DNA of 64,000 nucleotides from the human T2T-CHM13v2.0 reference genome, Homo sapiens: NCBI RefSeq assembly GCF_009914755.1, contig NC_060938.1; one strand, 5' to 3'. Shown piece by piece: positions 1 to 13,490 of this stretch (position 1 is its first letter; each line of letters starts with the position of its first letter). The notes under the pieces were generated by a model. It saw only the letters and a program-made list of their open reading frames with translations, ran no database searches and was not told where the DNA came from. The position numbers and the translations under genes were made by a program.

Positions 1-401
1 CAGAGAAATCTTTCATGAAAGGAAGAGTCAGTTGATGAGGCAAACTTCATTGTTGTCTTATTTTAAGGTAACAGCCACCCCAACCTTCAGCAACTACCTG
101 TCCTGATCATTCAACAGCCATAACATTGAGACATCCTCCATAAATAAAAAGATTATGTTTCACTGAGGGATCAGTGATTTTTAGCTTTTTTTTTTTTAGC
201 AATAAAGTATTTTTAATTAAGGTATGCACATGGTTTTTTAAAGATATCCTGCTATTGCACATTTAAGAAACTACAGTATAGTGTAAACATAACTTTTATA
301 TGCACTGGGAAATAAAAAAATTGTGTGACTTGCTTTGTTGTGATTTTTGCTTTATTGTGATGGTCTGGAGCTAAACCTGCACTATATCCAAGGTATGACT
401 G
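1..401 (+). mobile_element. Tigger1 (TcMar) DNA transposon, 3' end
   Basis: Characteristic 3' sequence (cagccaccccaaccttcagcaac..., tacagtatagtgtaaacataacttttatatgcactggga...) ending in TIR-like ...ctatatccaaggtatgactg. Confidence 0.8.
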
Positions 402-2189
402 CATTTTCAATTCTCTTGGGTGCATACCTAGGAGTGGAATTGCTGAGTTACATTTGGAATTTTAAACATGTCTAAACAGGGCCCTTTTTGTGCAACCCTG
501 ATTAGGCAATCCTATAAGTCTTGTGTTGCCGCCTTCTGAGTCATTGCTATGACACTCTACTTATTTAGAAAGCATGTAATCAAATCTACAGTTTAACATA
601 GCTATGGCTAAGAGTCCTTCATGCACTTCTTTAGACTTCTCACTAAGTACTCATAAGCACAGAAAAAGATGAAATTGAAATTAATAGATTCCGGAAGAAA
701 CATGAACTCTTTTGAAATAACCAAACTTGCCTTTCTCTAACCTCTCTCTAACTGAACTAAGCTTTCTCTTTCCTTAGCTAGACTTGAACTTATTTCTAGT
801 GTTCCCCATCCCTCACCCCTGCCCCAACCTGAAAGCATGGAGAAAGACCATATCTTAACTGTTTGTCTCTGACTCAGATATTCAAAGGTCATAATAGTGC
901 ATATGCCAGAGTGGTTATAAGCATGTTTTAACTTCTTTAACTTAGTGAAAATGTGTAGGGAATGTTTAATATCTGTCAGATTGTAGAGGAAAAAACAAAT
1001 AGGGAAAAATGAAAGTTTGTAGCTGAAGAAATAGTAATGTAGTTTAAGATGGAACAAGAGCAGTTGAAATAGAATAAATTATCGAAGATGCAATTGAAGA
1101 AAACTCTCCTAAGCTTGAAAAAAAAATTGTGGATATCTGATGAAATCTGGCTTCCAGGAAAAATGAACAAAAGAGACTCACAGAAGGATACATTCTGGTA
1201 AAATTTTTGTGTTATAAAGGAAAAGCTTCTAGTAGCATACAGACTGAAAAATTCTGTTGCCCACAGAGTAACGAAAAGTAAGCTGCATCATCACACTTAT
1301 TTATGGAGCATTAAGGCTAAAAGGTAATGGAGCAATGTCTGTATAGTTTTGGGAAGAAAAAAATATTGGGACTTACTTAAAAATGTTATACCCATCCATA
1401 GTTAAGCCATTACTACAAGAATTGTTATTAACAAAAATGTTTCTTCTCCAAAAAAGCAGAGTTATTTTGAGTAACATAAGGGCCATTTTCTACACTTTTT
1501 CTTGTGTCTTTGGAGATTATATTGAATAATCTCTTCATATTACCTTCAATCTGTGAATGTTTTTACATTAAATTCATTAATATAAGCATATGAAATAGTA
1601 TATCAATTATGATTAAAAAAAGTTAAGAAAAAATTATTTACCAAGCTAAAATATTAACTGTGACAGGTGATAAGATTGAACATTATCATCATTTTTATAT
1701 TTTCTAATATTTTCCAAACATTCTACTCTATGCATGAATTGCTTATTTTTTCTTTAACTTATTTAAAAATAATTAAAACTTTTTAATAAATACAAATATT
1801 TATAAGCCAAAACAGTGAGGTCTTTACAATTTTATATTTGCCATGTAGATAAAGTGACTGAAAGGAAGCACACAAAATCTTAGTAGTGAGTTGTTTTATC
1901 TTTTTCCATATTTTGCAGATTTTATGTAATGAGTTTCATGCTGCTTTTATGATGGAAAAAGATCCTTTATTCAAAAATAAAAATTTAATTTCATTAATTA
2001 ATGACATTATAAGATGAAGATGTTTCTGCTTATACATGAATCCTCTTTTTCCTAAGACCTATCTTAATGTAAATCATATCCTATGTTGGTAGTTTTGCTG
2101 ACACCCTTGAGGTATGTCTTTCCAGGAGTTTTCACTGACAGGCACATTGGCCAATGTGTTGTAACATAGAAGAGTTCCAACATTTATTC

Positions 2190-3558
<1,369 letters not shown>

Positions 3559-3929
3559 TGGTGATGAGTGCAGAAAATACTTTGAAGATGGTTGATTGTG
3601 GAAAGAAGAAGATAAAGGGGTGTGGTTGAGGAGCATGTGGTGGTGAGGAGGGAATTTTAAAGGATGGGAGACACCTGGTTCATTTCTCATGCAAATGAGA
3701 AAGACACTGCATTCACAAGGGAGAGTGGCTGACAGTATAGGAGTGAAGGGCAAAAAGCTAGAGAGAAGAGGAGGATGGGATCCAGACCTCAGACTGAGTA
3801 CAAAGCAGCTGGTCCATCCCATATTTGACTGCTCCTAGATATTTTAGTAGCTCTGGAAAGTTGGTGATGAGAAAGATGGTTTACTCCTACTTAAGGACTC
3901 TGTTTGTCAAGTGCCACATCAATTACTTT

Positions 3930-4095
3930 CCATGTGTTACCTCTGTTAATCTTTGATGTAGCTGTGTTTATTTTCTCCTTTTATAGTTTAGCACACTGAA
4001 GCACAAAGAGGTTAAATAATTTGCCGAAGCCACACAGATAGTAAGTGGTATGTCATTTCAACCAAGCGCTGTGACTGCTGATCCCTTGCCTATAA
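3930..4095 (-). mobile_element. MIR SINE
   Basis: actgaagcacaaagaggttaaataatttgccgaagccacacagatagtaagtgg (MIR core, antisense). Confidence 0.65.
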
Positions 4096-5418
4096 CTACT
4101 GCTACCGGGTACTGCTTCTGAAGGGAGAGGGCATAATCAATATGCATGTACTTTATTTTTCATGGTATGTGTTGGTTTTGATAGCAGGCACTGTTGCTAT
4201 TTTGCAGACTATAAAGCTATTATCTTGCCTGCTATTTTTGTTTTGTTTTGTTTGTTCTTATATTGGCTTGCCACTAGGTTGATTCAGTAAGGCAGTATCA
4301 TTTATTTCTTTATCTTTTCAAGGTGTTGAGATTGGTTTGATTAATCTTTTCTCTATTTATCTGGATAGTAAGGTTAGGTGAGTATTATCTCTTCATATTA
4401 TTAAGGCTTTGTATTATTTGTATTATTAAATCATATATTAAACCTGCCCACTGATTAAAGCTGCTCTTAGGAGATTCATTTTCATAAGCGTTCACATATA
4501 CCCAATTCCCTTGAATCATTCTTGATATTTGTTCTGTAATCTAACCCTTTATACAAGTTAATTTCTGGATGTCTTTACTGAATGTTACTTTGGCTCAAAT
4601 GTCACTTCCTTAGAGGATTCTTCTCTAAACTCTGAACTAGCTTCTCTGGTCTCCCTGTTATATATACTTATAGCTGAATGCAATGGCTGGGACTCTTTGA
4701 GGCATACTGGGTAGTACTTAGGCAGGTCAGTTAAAGGGCAGAGTTTTTTGATACTGATGAGGAGGAGGAGGGGAAGGAAGAAATGGAATTTCATCTGCCA
4801 AAATTCTAAAATATTAGTAGTCAAAACTACAATTTGCATTTCTTATATGGATGGCATGAATTATTAATTTTCTTATTGCTGTTGATAACCATGATCAAAT
4901 TGCACAGCTGGATTTGCAAAAATGTATCCAGGAAATGACTTTCCCTCCAATCGCTAATATTGGTAGAATTATTTATCTGAAAATTTGTCTCAAGTGATGA
5001 TTGTGTAAGCTTTAGGCAGCTGCATTTTTGGAGACTTGCTTTTATAACACTGGTCAACCATGTCCAGCTAAACCCATTTGATTGAACTCTGTCTTAATTG
5101 TGTGTTTGAAGTTGAATACTGGGCTGAGGACAGGAGCAAGAAGAGTTGTACTCCAGGTAGAAGAAACTACACATTCAAAGGTATAGAGGTCTCTCATCTG
5201 AGGAGCCAGCATCACAGGATGTACTGGCCAACAGTCCTTTTCCTTTCCCCAGTACACAGTCTTGGGGGATGTCAGCCAGAGTCAGGACTTGTAGAGTGTT
5301 TGTCATTTCTCATTAATAAAAGTAAAAATTCTGAATAGCATTGATCACAATTTGTTAGAACTGAAACTTAGGTCATTCTCATTGTGATGATATTTTTTTC
5401 TTTGTGTTCTCTCACCAG

Positions 5419-5598
5419 TCACTCCTGAAGCCATTGGCTTCTTGTCTGCTGTTGGGGTCTTTATTGTTCTTCTGGCCGTCCTCTTCCTCTTCATCAACAA
5501 GAAGCTGTGTTTTGAAACGATAGGAGGCCTTCCTTTCCTGGAGCATCGAGGGAAAAGAAAGCATTCTAAAGACAAGACTGGGATTCACAAGGGGCTGG
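5419..5598 (+). CDS. SYT16: SYT16 upstream exon encoding an N-terminal single-pass transmembrane segment (SYT14-like); internal, phase 1-1, 180 nt
   Basis: Acceptor ttttttctttgtgttctctcaccag (AG 5417-5418), donor CTGG|gtaagc (GT 5599-5600). Open frame xTPEAIGFLSAVGVFIVLLAVLFLFINKKLCFETIGGLPFLEHRGKRKHSKDKTGIHKGL: ~22 hydrophobic residues, then KK and Cys. Closely resembles the SYT14 TM region as I recall it (SPEAVGFLSAVGVFIILMLLLFLYINKKFCFE..GG.P). No ATG in the exon; in-frame intronic TGA at 5388, so an upstream exon is required. Confidence 0.88.
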
Positions 5599-6499
5599 GT
5601 AAGCATTATGCTTCAAATTCTCCTGGGCTTGGCAACTTGCTGTGGTCTGGGTCAGGGTGGACATGATGAATCGACTTTACTAAAGAATACATTATCTTTA
5701 TGAAAGTAATGTTCTCCCTAGAGCTCAAGGAGCAGATGGGAAGAGGCTCTGACTACCACTTCCCATCTTCTTAGCTCTTTAGAAGTCTCTGTTGAGTTTT
5801 CCTCTGATGAATGCTTGGAGAAAAAATATGTGTTCTGTTTGACAAGAGCCTTGATGCGTTTTAGTCTCATGATGTTAGAACGATGTTGGCATTTCACTTG
5901 TTAGCTGTTTTTGAGATTTTTCAGTGCTCAGGACCATGTCCCACCTTGTATGGCAATGGTCACTTTTCCAAAGGGAGGTTTTTACTCTTTAAGCTCACTG
6001 AGTATACCATGTCACTTACTCACTGCCTTCAATTTGATGAGGGAAAAATAACACACTTAAAGAAATAATTGGCTTCCTGCTCTTAAAGGACATATTCTAT
6101 TTTCAATTACTGAAGCCTAGAACTTTGTGATACAGGATGTTCTTACAGAGGGATGGTTATCATCACACAGATGTGGGACATTTAAAGAGAATACTCTTAT
6201 CTTACAGACGATAACTTTGCTGTTTTTTTTTTTTTATCAGTCTGATTATTACTCTCCTTTTCCATACCCCACGAGGTATGGGGCATGATGTACCTGGTCA
6301 AGGAGCAACCTTACATTTTTTTGAGTGAAGGGAAGGTCTTGAGGAGAGTACCCTCCAGGTATCCTACGTTCTTGATGTGTTCTAAGTATGCCTGGACCAA
6401 GGAGAGGATTTGGGTTACTGATATGGCAGCTTTTGTAGCCATGGATAGTTCAGCTTTTTTGCCTTGTTACGAGAAAGGCATAATGTAGGAATAAAGGCA

Positions 6500-6960
6500 T
6501 ATTATCTACTGCTTATAACAAATTATCCCAAGACTTAGTAACTTAACAAAAATTCATTATCTAACAGTTCTTGAAGTTCAGAAATTGAGGAGTGGCTTAG
6601 TTGGGTGATTCTAGATCAGGGTCTGTTGTAAGGCTGCAGTTAGAATGTCATCTGAAGGCTGGACTGTGGTGTCAGAGTCCCCTCCAGGATGGCAAAAGGC
6701 CTCAGATCAGATCCATGTGGAACCCTCCACAAGGCTACTTGAGTGCTTTATGATGTGGCAGCTGGCTTTCCCTGGAGTGAGAGATCCATGAGAAAGCAAG
6801 GAGCCACTGCTCTTTTTATGCCCTAGCATGGGAAGTCTTACAATGTCACTTTTATCACATTGTGTTTGTTCATTGAGCACAGCTCAAGCTCTACGTTTAG
6901 GAAATTCACTTCTACTTTTTGAGGGGAAGAGTATCAAAGAGTGTGCAGATATATTTTTAA
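6500..6960 (-). mobile_element. Old MLT1 LTR (MLT1G/H-like)
   Basis: ctactgcttataacaaattatcccaagacttagt..., gtggcttagttgggtgattct..., ggcagctggctttccctggagtgagagatcca. Confidence 0.6.
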
Positions 6961-8009
6961 ATATCTCTGTGAGATAATAATAATGGGAGAGGTGTAAATT
7001 GCAGATTTGACAATTGCTTTGGCATTCCTGCTATCGCAGTGGCCTTATTTTTTGAACTTCCCATGGGACATATGACTTATTCTGAAAATAGAATGGAATA
7101 TTTTAATTACAGCTTGCCATGCAAAAGCTGGGACTTATGAATGGTTTAGACACTATTGTCCCAGCTGGGGCATAGGTGAGTGAGACGAACAGATGTCTGT
7201 TTGGCCATGGGGTGGTATGAAGGTAGGATTCATCATGATTCTATTTCTCTCCCTTCAGCAGCTGGCTGTCACTCGTTATGTGACCTTGGCAAATTATGGA
7301 ACCATTATGAACTTCAGTTTCCTTGTTTGCATATTGGGATTATCAGTACATCTCTCACAGGGTCAACCCAGATTAAATTAATTAATTCTGTAGAGACACC
7401 AGCATGGTGCCTATAGCAATGCAACAGCAATAGCAAGTCACAGTAATGGCTGCGAGGAATGACATCACACATTAATGAATTGTATTCATTACTTAAATTG
7501 GGAGATTAAAGTTGGTGATGTTTTCTCCTTTGCAAACTATAATGGTTATGAGGAACTGAGGTTAGAACTATTTAAAATATTTCCTTTTTGTCTTGTTTGA
7601 CATTTTATCTGAATATTTTAGAGACAATTATGAATTATACTTGCAAATAAGTTGAGGTTTTAAGAATGTTGAAACAATAACAATAAAGCATGAACAAAAG
7701 CTGTTCACTCAGGAAACACTGAAAAATACATGTCTCAAATTCAGAGTGGGGTCATGTAAAGGGAGCTTTAAAAATAGTTTCTTCAGGAGCATCCCCAAAT
7801 TATAATGTCTAAAAAGCAAACACCTTCACTTTGACATTTCTCCTTTTACAAGTTTAATTATTGTTATCAAAAGTCTTTGAAAAACGTGCTTCTACCCCAT
7901 ATTGTGTCTAACCTTTGATATTTGCCTTAATTATCCTCAGAGTACTGATTTCTCAGTGAAGTTGGGATGTTCTTAACATATTTTGACAAACGTAAAGAAG
8001 GAAGGCAGG

Positions 8010-8175
8010 CAGCCTAGTGTGGTGGGAAGAAGCCCAGTACAGACAGACAGAGCTTACTTTTGCCACTAATTGGCCACGATATTTTGGGAAACTCACTTCA
8101 CCTCTCTGAGCCTTAAGTCTTCATTTGCAAATTGATGAGTCTGGACTAGGCTTCTCCCATTCTCATTCTGTGATT
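8010..8175 (+). mobile_element. MIR SINE
   Basis: ttgccactaattggcca...ggaaactcacttcacctctctgagccttaagtcttcatttgcaaa. Confidence 0.55.
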
Positions 8176-8191
8176 CTGTTTGGTTCTTAGG

Positions 8192-8205
8192 GTTACCATA
8201 GCAAC
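8192..8205. promoter_or_regulatory. RFX X-box motif
   Basis: GTTACCATAGCAAC matches the X-box consensus GTNRCC-N0-3-RGYAAC exactly; function untested. Confidence 0.45.
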
Positions 8206-10348
8206 TTCTTCTCTAGCTTTCAGTCTATGAATGGAAGAGAACTAATAAAAATGCGACCATCCTACTCTTAGATTAAACCATATAAGATTGCCATTTTTGT
8301 TGATAAAAAAATGATAGAATATCAGAAACTGAATTATTTTAATTTAATATATGTGAGGTTCTGAAGAATAAAATAATTCCTTTCGATTATGTGGTAACAT
8401 CAGAGAGGCAAGAGTGGATGTTTATTTTCCAAACCTACTATGCAAAATGATTTGCTTGACAAAAATACCTTGCTTTCCTTTAGGCTATATATATTTTAAA
8501 GTTTAAAGAATTTACACATGCCATTCTGTCTGGATTTAGGCAAGGGGACAAAGAAACTGGAATGGTGTTTTCCTAATAACATAGGTAATAGTAATAATAA
8601 TAATACAGATAATGATCATTGGTAACTATTGTTTATTTAGCAATTAGTATTGCCAAGCATTTTACATGCATTGTTATTCGAAGTATTTTACATGCATTAT
8701 TTGATTTCTTTATGTAATGTTCTTGTGTTGCTCATTGACAGTGATTGCTTTGGGGAAGGATGGATATCAGTTGGAACAAAAAAGCCAATATTCAGCTTTG
8801 AGATAAAAAATTGATTAAAAATAAAAATTTCACAGTGAGACAATAGTTTTTAAAAGAAGCCCAGCTTTGAGAGAAGGCGGGAGAGAGAAAGAATATTTCG
8901 GTTGTTTTGTTTTGTTTGCTGCCCCCTTCCAAAAAACTTTATATTCCAAAAGCAAAATTTAGGAGTTGGCGCAAAGAGTTTCATTTTAAGAGGCACATTG
9001 TCTATGCTTTTAAGAAAGCATAGACAATGTGACATGAGGGCATTTCCTCCCAGGCAGGGAAGGGAAGAAGAATGCCCTTCCTCTTCTGGAAAGGGCAGAC
9101 CATAACTTGAAGTGGTGAAAGGAAAGAGGTTTGGAGACCATGAAGTGTTTCCTGGACCAGACCCTGAGAAGGAGGACAGATGTGGGACCCAGTCAGGCCG
9201 GTTGTGATAAGAAGGTTGGAATTCAACACGCCCGAAGAAGAGTCAGAAAGGAGAGTGCCGCATGCTTCTTTTTGGAATTGTGGCAGGAGACTGCCTCACT
9301 GGTGTCCCATGTGGGCCTGGGGGGCTGTGGTGGGGCAAATATACTGGTGGTGCCGGAGGGAGAGAGAACTTGAGAAGACGCCGCTGCTACAGTTCCTCCA
9401 GTGAGCAGGAGAACACTTGTTTTAGAAATTTCTGCCTGACCCTGGTGGTGGGAGCGGGGGCAGAGAAGATAGCAGAGGAATGAGTCAATGTGCCTGCTGG
9501 GGAGTTATTGCAGCTTACCATGAGGTGGGCCTGTATTGGAGGCTGGAGGATGAACAATCCAAGGCCTTATGTAGTCAGAGCTGGCTTCCTGGGCATGGAA
9601 CTGCACAACTGCACAAAGCCTACACTTAGAAGGGCCCTTGTGCTTAGCTTAGTGATGATGTGCTGTTGCAGTCTTGAAATCCTTAGTGATTTTCAAGGGC
9701 CCTGCATTTTCATTTTGCACTGAGTCTTGCAAATTATATAGCTTGTGCTGCCTAGGGTCATCACCAAGAGGTACTCCTGCTGTGGAATGCTGTAAGGCAG
9801 AGGTTGATTCTCCTGGAGTCAGCAGGAGCCAGCAGGAACAGTGCATCATGTTAAATAAACTCACACCAGTGCCCAGATGCTCCCTGCTGTAAGGGAACAT
9901 GAAGGTGGGAGTGGAAATCCCAAAGACTGATACTTTATCCAAAATGAAATTGACCGAGTTACTTTGAGTAGCAAGTTTAAGTTTAGTTTCTCAACACTGA
10001 GTTGGGAAGATGGAGGATTCTCCAGAGAAAGATAAGAGCACTGAGTAAGTAAGGAAACAGGTTTTGTACATTGAGGCAAAGCTAGTGCTCAGCTGGAGCT
10101 CAGAAGGATGGTTGCTAAAATGTGACAATTTCTCCCTACCAGTTGGTAGAAAGGCCCAACTGGCTGGTGCCTGCACAAGATTACTCTCTGCTCTCTACCT
10201 GCAACTAAACAGATACCTTCTGATTCAGCAGGGGCTTCTGACCTGCCCCAGCAGGTGTGGCCAGATTCTTTTTGCTTGGGCCATAATGACTGCTGTTATA
10301 AAATATTTTTCATTTTATTTCTGCATTTAGGTGAGAGTATGTTCAAGT

Positions 10349-10466
10349 ACACGTGCCCCTGCACTTACAATGGTGTTAATTCCAGATAAACCCATCATAA
10401 ATTGAGAATATTAGATAAAGACAAAAAAATCATGTGTTGAACCATTGTAAGTTGAGGACCATCTGT
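10349..10466. mobile_element. Tigger-family MITE (Tigger4/MER46-like deletion derivative)
   Basis: Imperfect terminal inverted repeats acacgtgcccctgcacttac / gtaagttgaggaccatctgt around gataaacccatcataaattgag. Confidence 0.55.
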
Positions 10467-10636
10467 GCACCTTTCCCACTCACAATTCAACAAACAGGTG
10501 GTAATATAATCTCCATTTTATAGATGAGAAAACTGAGGGTGAGAGAGGTGAATTTTTTTTCAAGCTATTAAATGGCAAGGCTGGGAGTCAGACTAAACAT
10601 TGCCTGACCCCAGTGGCCAAGATCTTAATTGCCTCA

Positions 10637-12957
10637 TGTGTCAGTCCATTTTCATACTGCTATAAGTAACTGCCTAAGACTGGGTAATTTATAAATAAAA
10701 AAGGTTTAATTGACTCACGGTTCAGCATGTCTGTAGAGGTCTCAGCAAACTTAATCATGATGGATGGTGAGGGGGAGACAGGAGCCTTCTTCACAAGGCA
10801 GCTGGAAGAAGTGCCAAGTGAAGGGGGAAGAGTGCCTTATAAAACCATCAGATCTTGTGAGAACTCACTCACTATCATTAGAACAGCATGAGAGAAACCA
10901 TCCCCATGGTTCAATTACCTCCACCTAGTTTCTCCCTTGACATGTGGGGATTATGGGGATCCTATTTGGTTCTTAGGGTTACCATAACAACTTCTCCTCT
11001 AGCTCTGGGGATTACAATTCAAAATGAGGTTTGGGTGGGGACACAAAGCCTAACCATATTATTCTGCTCCTGGTTCCCCCCAAATCTCATGTCTCTTTCG
11101 CATTTCAAACCAATAATGCCTTCCCAACAGTCCCCCAAAGTCTTAATTCATTTCAGCATTAATTCAAAAGTCCAAGTCCAAAGTCTTATCTGAGACAAGG
11201 CAAGTCCCTTCCACCTATGAGCCTGTAAAATCAAAAGCAAGTTGGTTACTTCTTAGATACAATGCAGGTACAGGCATTGGGTAAATACACCCATTCCAAA
11301 TGGGAGAAATTGGCCAAAACAAAGGGGCTACAGGCCCCATGCAGGTCCAAAATCCAGTGGGGCAGTCAAATCTTAAAGCTCTGAAATGGTTTCCTTTGAC
11401 TCCATGTCTCGCATCCAGGTCATGCTGATGCAAGAGGTGGGTTCCCATGGTCTTTGGCAGCTCCATTCCTGTGGCTCTGCAGGGTTCAGTCCCCCTCCTG
11501 GTTGCTTTCATGGGCTGGCATTGAGTGGCTGTGGCTTTTCCAGGCACATGGTGCAAGCTGTTGGTGGATCTACCATTCTTGGGTCTGGAGGATAGGGGCC
11601 CTCTCCTTACAGATTATTAAGTAGTGCCCCAGTGGGGACCCTGTGTGGGGGCTTCCATCCCACATTTCCCTTTCTCACTTCTGTAGTAGAGGTTCTCCAT
11701 GAGGGCTCAGCTCCTGCAGCAAACTTCTGCCTGGACATCCACACATTTTCATACATCCTCTGAAATCTAGGCAGAGGTTCCCAAACTTCAATTCTTGACT
11801 TCTGTGCACCCACAGGCCCAACACATGTAAGCTACCAAGACTTGGGGCTTGTACTCTCTGAAGCAACACCCTGAGCTGTATGTTGGCCCCTTTTAGCCAT
11901 GACTGGGATGCAGAGCACCAACTCCCGAGACTGTACAAAACAGCAAGGCCCTGGGCCTGGCCCACAAAAACATTTTGTCCTCCTAGGACTCTGAGCCTGT
12001 GATGGGAAGGGCTGCCATGAGGACCTCTGACATGCCCTGGAGACATTTTCCCCATTGTCTTGGTGATTAACATTTGGCTCCTTATTACTTATACAAATTT
12101 CTGCAGCCAGCTTGAATTTCTGCCCAGAAAATGTTTTTTTTTTTCTATTGCATAGTCAGGATGCACATTTTCCAAGCTCATGCTCTGCTTTCCTTTTAAA
12201 CATAAGTTTTAAATTCAGATAATTTCTCTCAAGTTCAAAGTCCCATAGATCTCTAGGACCCTAGGGCAGGGGCAAAAGGCTGCTAGTCTCTTTGCTAAAG
12301 CATAGCAAGGGTGGCCTTTGCTCCTGTTTCCAAGAAGTTCCTCATCTCCATCTGAGACCACCTCAGCCTGGACTTCGTTGTCCACATCATTATTAGCATT
12401 TTGGTCAAAGCCATTCAACAAGTCTCTAGGAAGCTCCAAATTTTCTCACATCTTCCTGTCTTCTTCCAAACCCTCCAAACTGTTCCAATCTTTGCCTGTT
12501 ACCCAGTTCCAAAGTTGCTTCCACATTTTCAAGTATCTTTATAGCAGTACCCCACTCTTGGCAGTACCAATTTACTGTATTAGTCAATTTTCATACTGCT
12601 ATAAAGGACTGGCTGAAACTGAGTAATTTATAAATGAAAGAGGTTTAACTGACTCACAGTTCAGCATGGCTGGAGAGACCTCAGGAAACTTAATCATAGC
12701 AGAAGGAGATGGGGAGGCAGGCACCTTCTTTACAAGGCAGCAGGAAGAAGTGCCAAGCAAAGGGGGAATAGCTCCTTATGAAACCATCAGATCTCATGAT
12801 ACTCACTCACTATCATGAGAACAGCATGGGGGAAACCACCCCCATGTTTCAGTTACCTCCACCTGGTCTCTCCCTTGACACATGGGGATTACAGGGATTA
12901 TGGGGATTACAATTCAAGATGAGGTTTGGGTGGGGACACAAAGTGTTACCATTATCA
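10637..12957 (-). mobile_element. Full-length ERVL-MaLR element (THE1D/MSTA-type): LTR 10637-~11060, internal region ~11061-12575, LTR 12576-12957
   Basis: Two homologous LTRs (tgt.ttagtc.attttcatactgctataa ... gggtggggacacaaag...acca.tat.a) flank a ~1.5 kb THE1/MST internal sequence; 5-bp TSD cctca/cccca. Confidence 0.9.
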
Positions 12958-13061
12958 CCCCATTTTTTTGCCCACCTAATCTTCCCAACTTAATCCACTA
13001 CTTCATAGCTTTGAAGTAAACATCTGGGTTGAAAAAAATAGGAGAATGGAGGATTTGGGGG

Positions 13062-13490
13062 ATGTATTAGTTTCCTATGGCTGCCATAACAAATAACTAC
13101 AAATTTGTTGTCTTAAAACAACATAAATTATTTTTGCACAATTCTGGAGACCCATATTCTGAAATCAAGGTGTCAGCAGGGCCACGATCCCTGGAGACTC
13201 TAGGGAGAATCTGTTTCATGACTTGCTCCTTGCTCCTGGTGGCTGGCAGTCATCCTTGGCATTCTTTGTCTTGTGGCTGTATCATTCCAATCTCTGCCTC
13301 TGTCTTCACCTCACCTTCTTCTCTGTGTCATTAGTCACTGGTGGTAATCAAGGAATCTAGTCTCATCTCAAATTCTTCATTTGATTACATCTGCAATGAA
13401 AGACCCTTTTTTCAAATAATATAACATGCATAGATTCCAGGGATTAGGACATGGACATATCTCTGGGGAGCTACCATTCAGCCCACTATA
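13062..13490 (-). mobile_element. MLT1C-like solo LTR
   Basis: tgtattagtttcctatggctgccataacaaataactac...gaaatcaaggtgtcagcagggccac...cattcagcccacta. Confidence 0.75.

Noticed and set aside
4323-4377. Possible 55-nt cryptic exon (ttttcaag| ... TAG|gtgagt) upstream of the TM exon
   Set aside because: No ATG, contains stops, U-rich and frame-shifting; cannot supply the TM start and is most likely a pseudo-exon.
5442-5666. ORF-track call of a stand-alone 74-aa protein
   Set aside because: The 'M' is a TTG leucine in the middle of the TM segment, and the tail after 5598 is intron read-through; the real unit is exon 5419-5598.
9000-9480. GC/CpG-richer block resembling a promoter
   Set aside because: Too short and sparse for a CpG island; probably an old LTR-type repeat that I cannot assign.
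11215-12626. Several 70-130 aa ORFs
   Set aside because: They lie in the decayed MaLR internal region, are fragmented across frames, and are not host genes.
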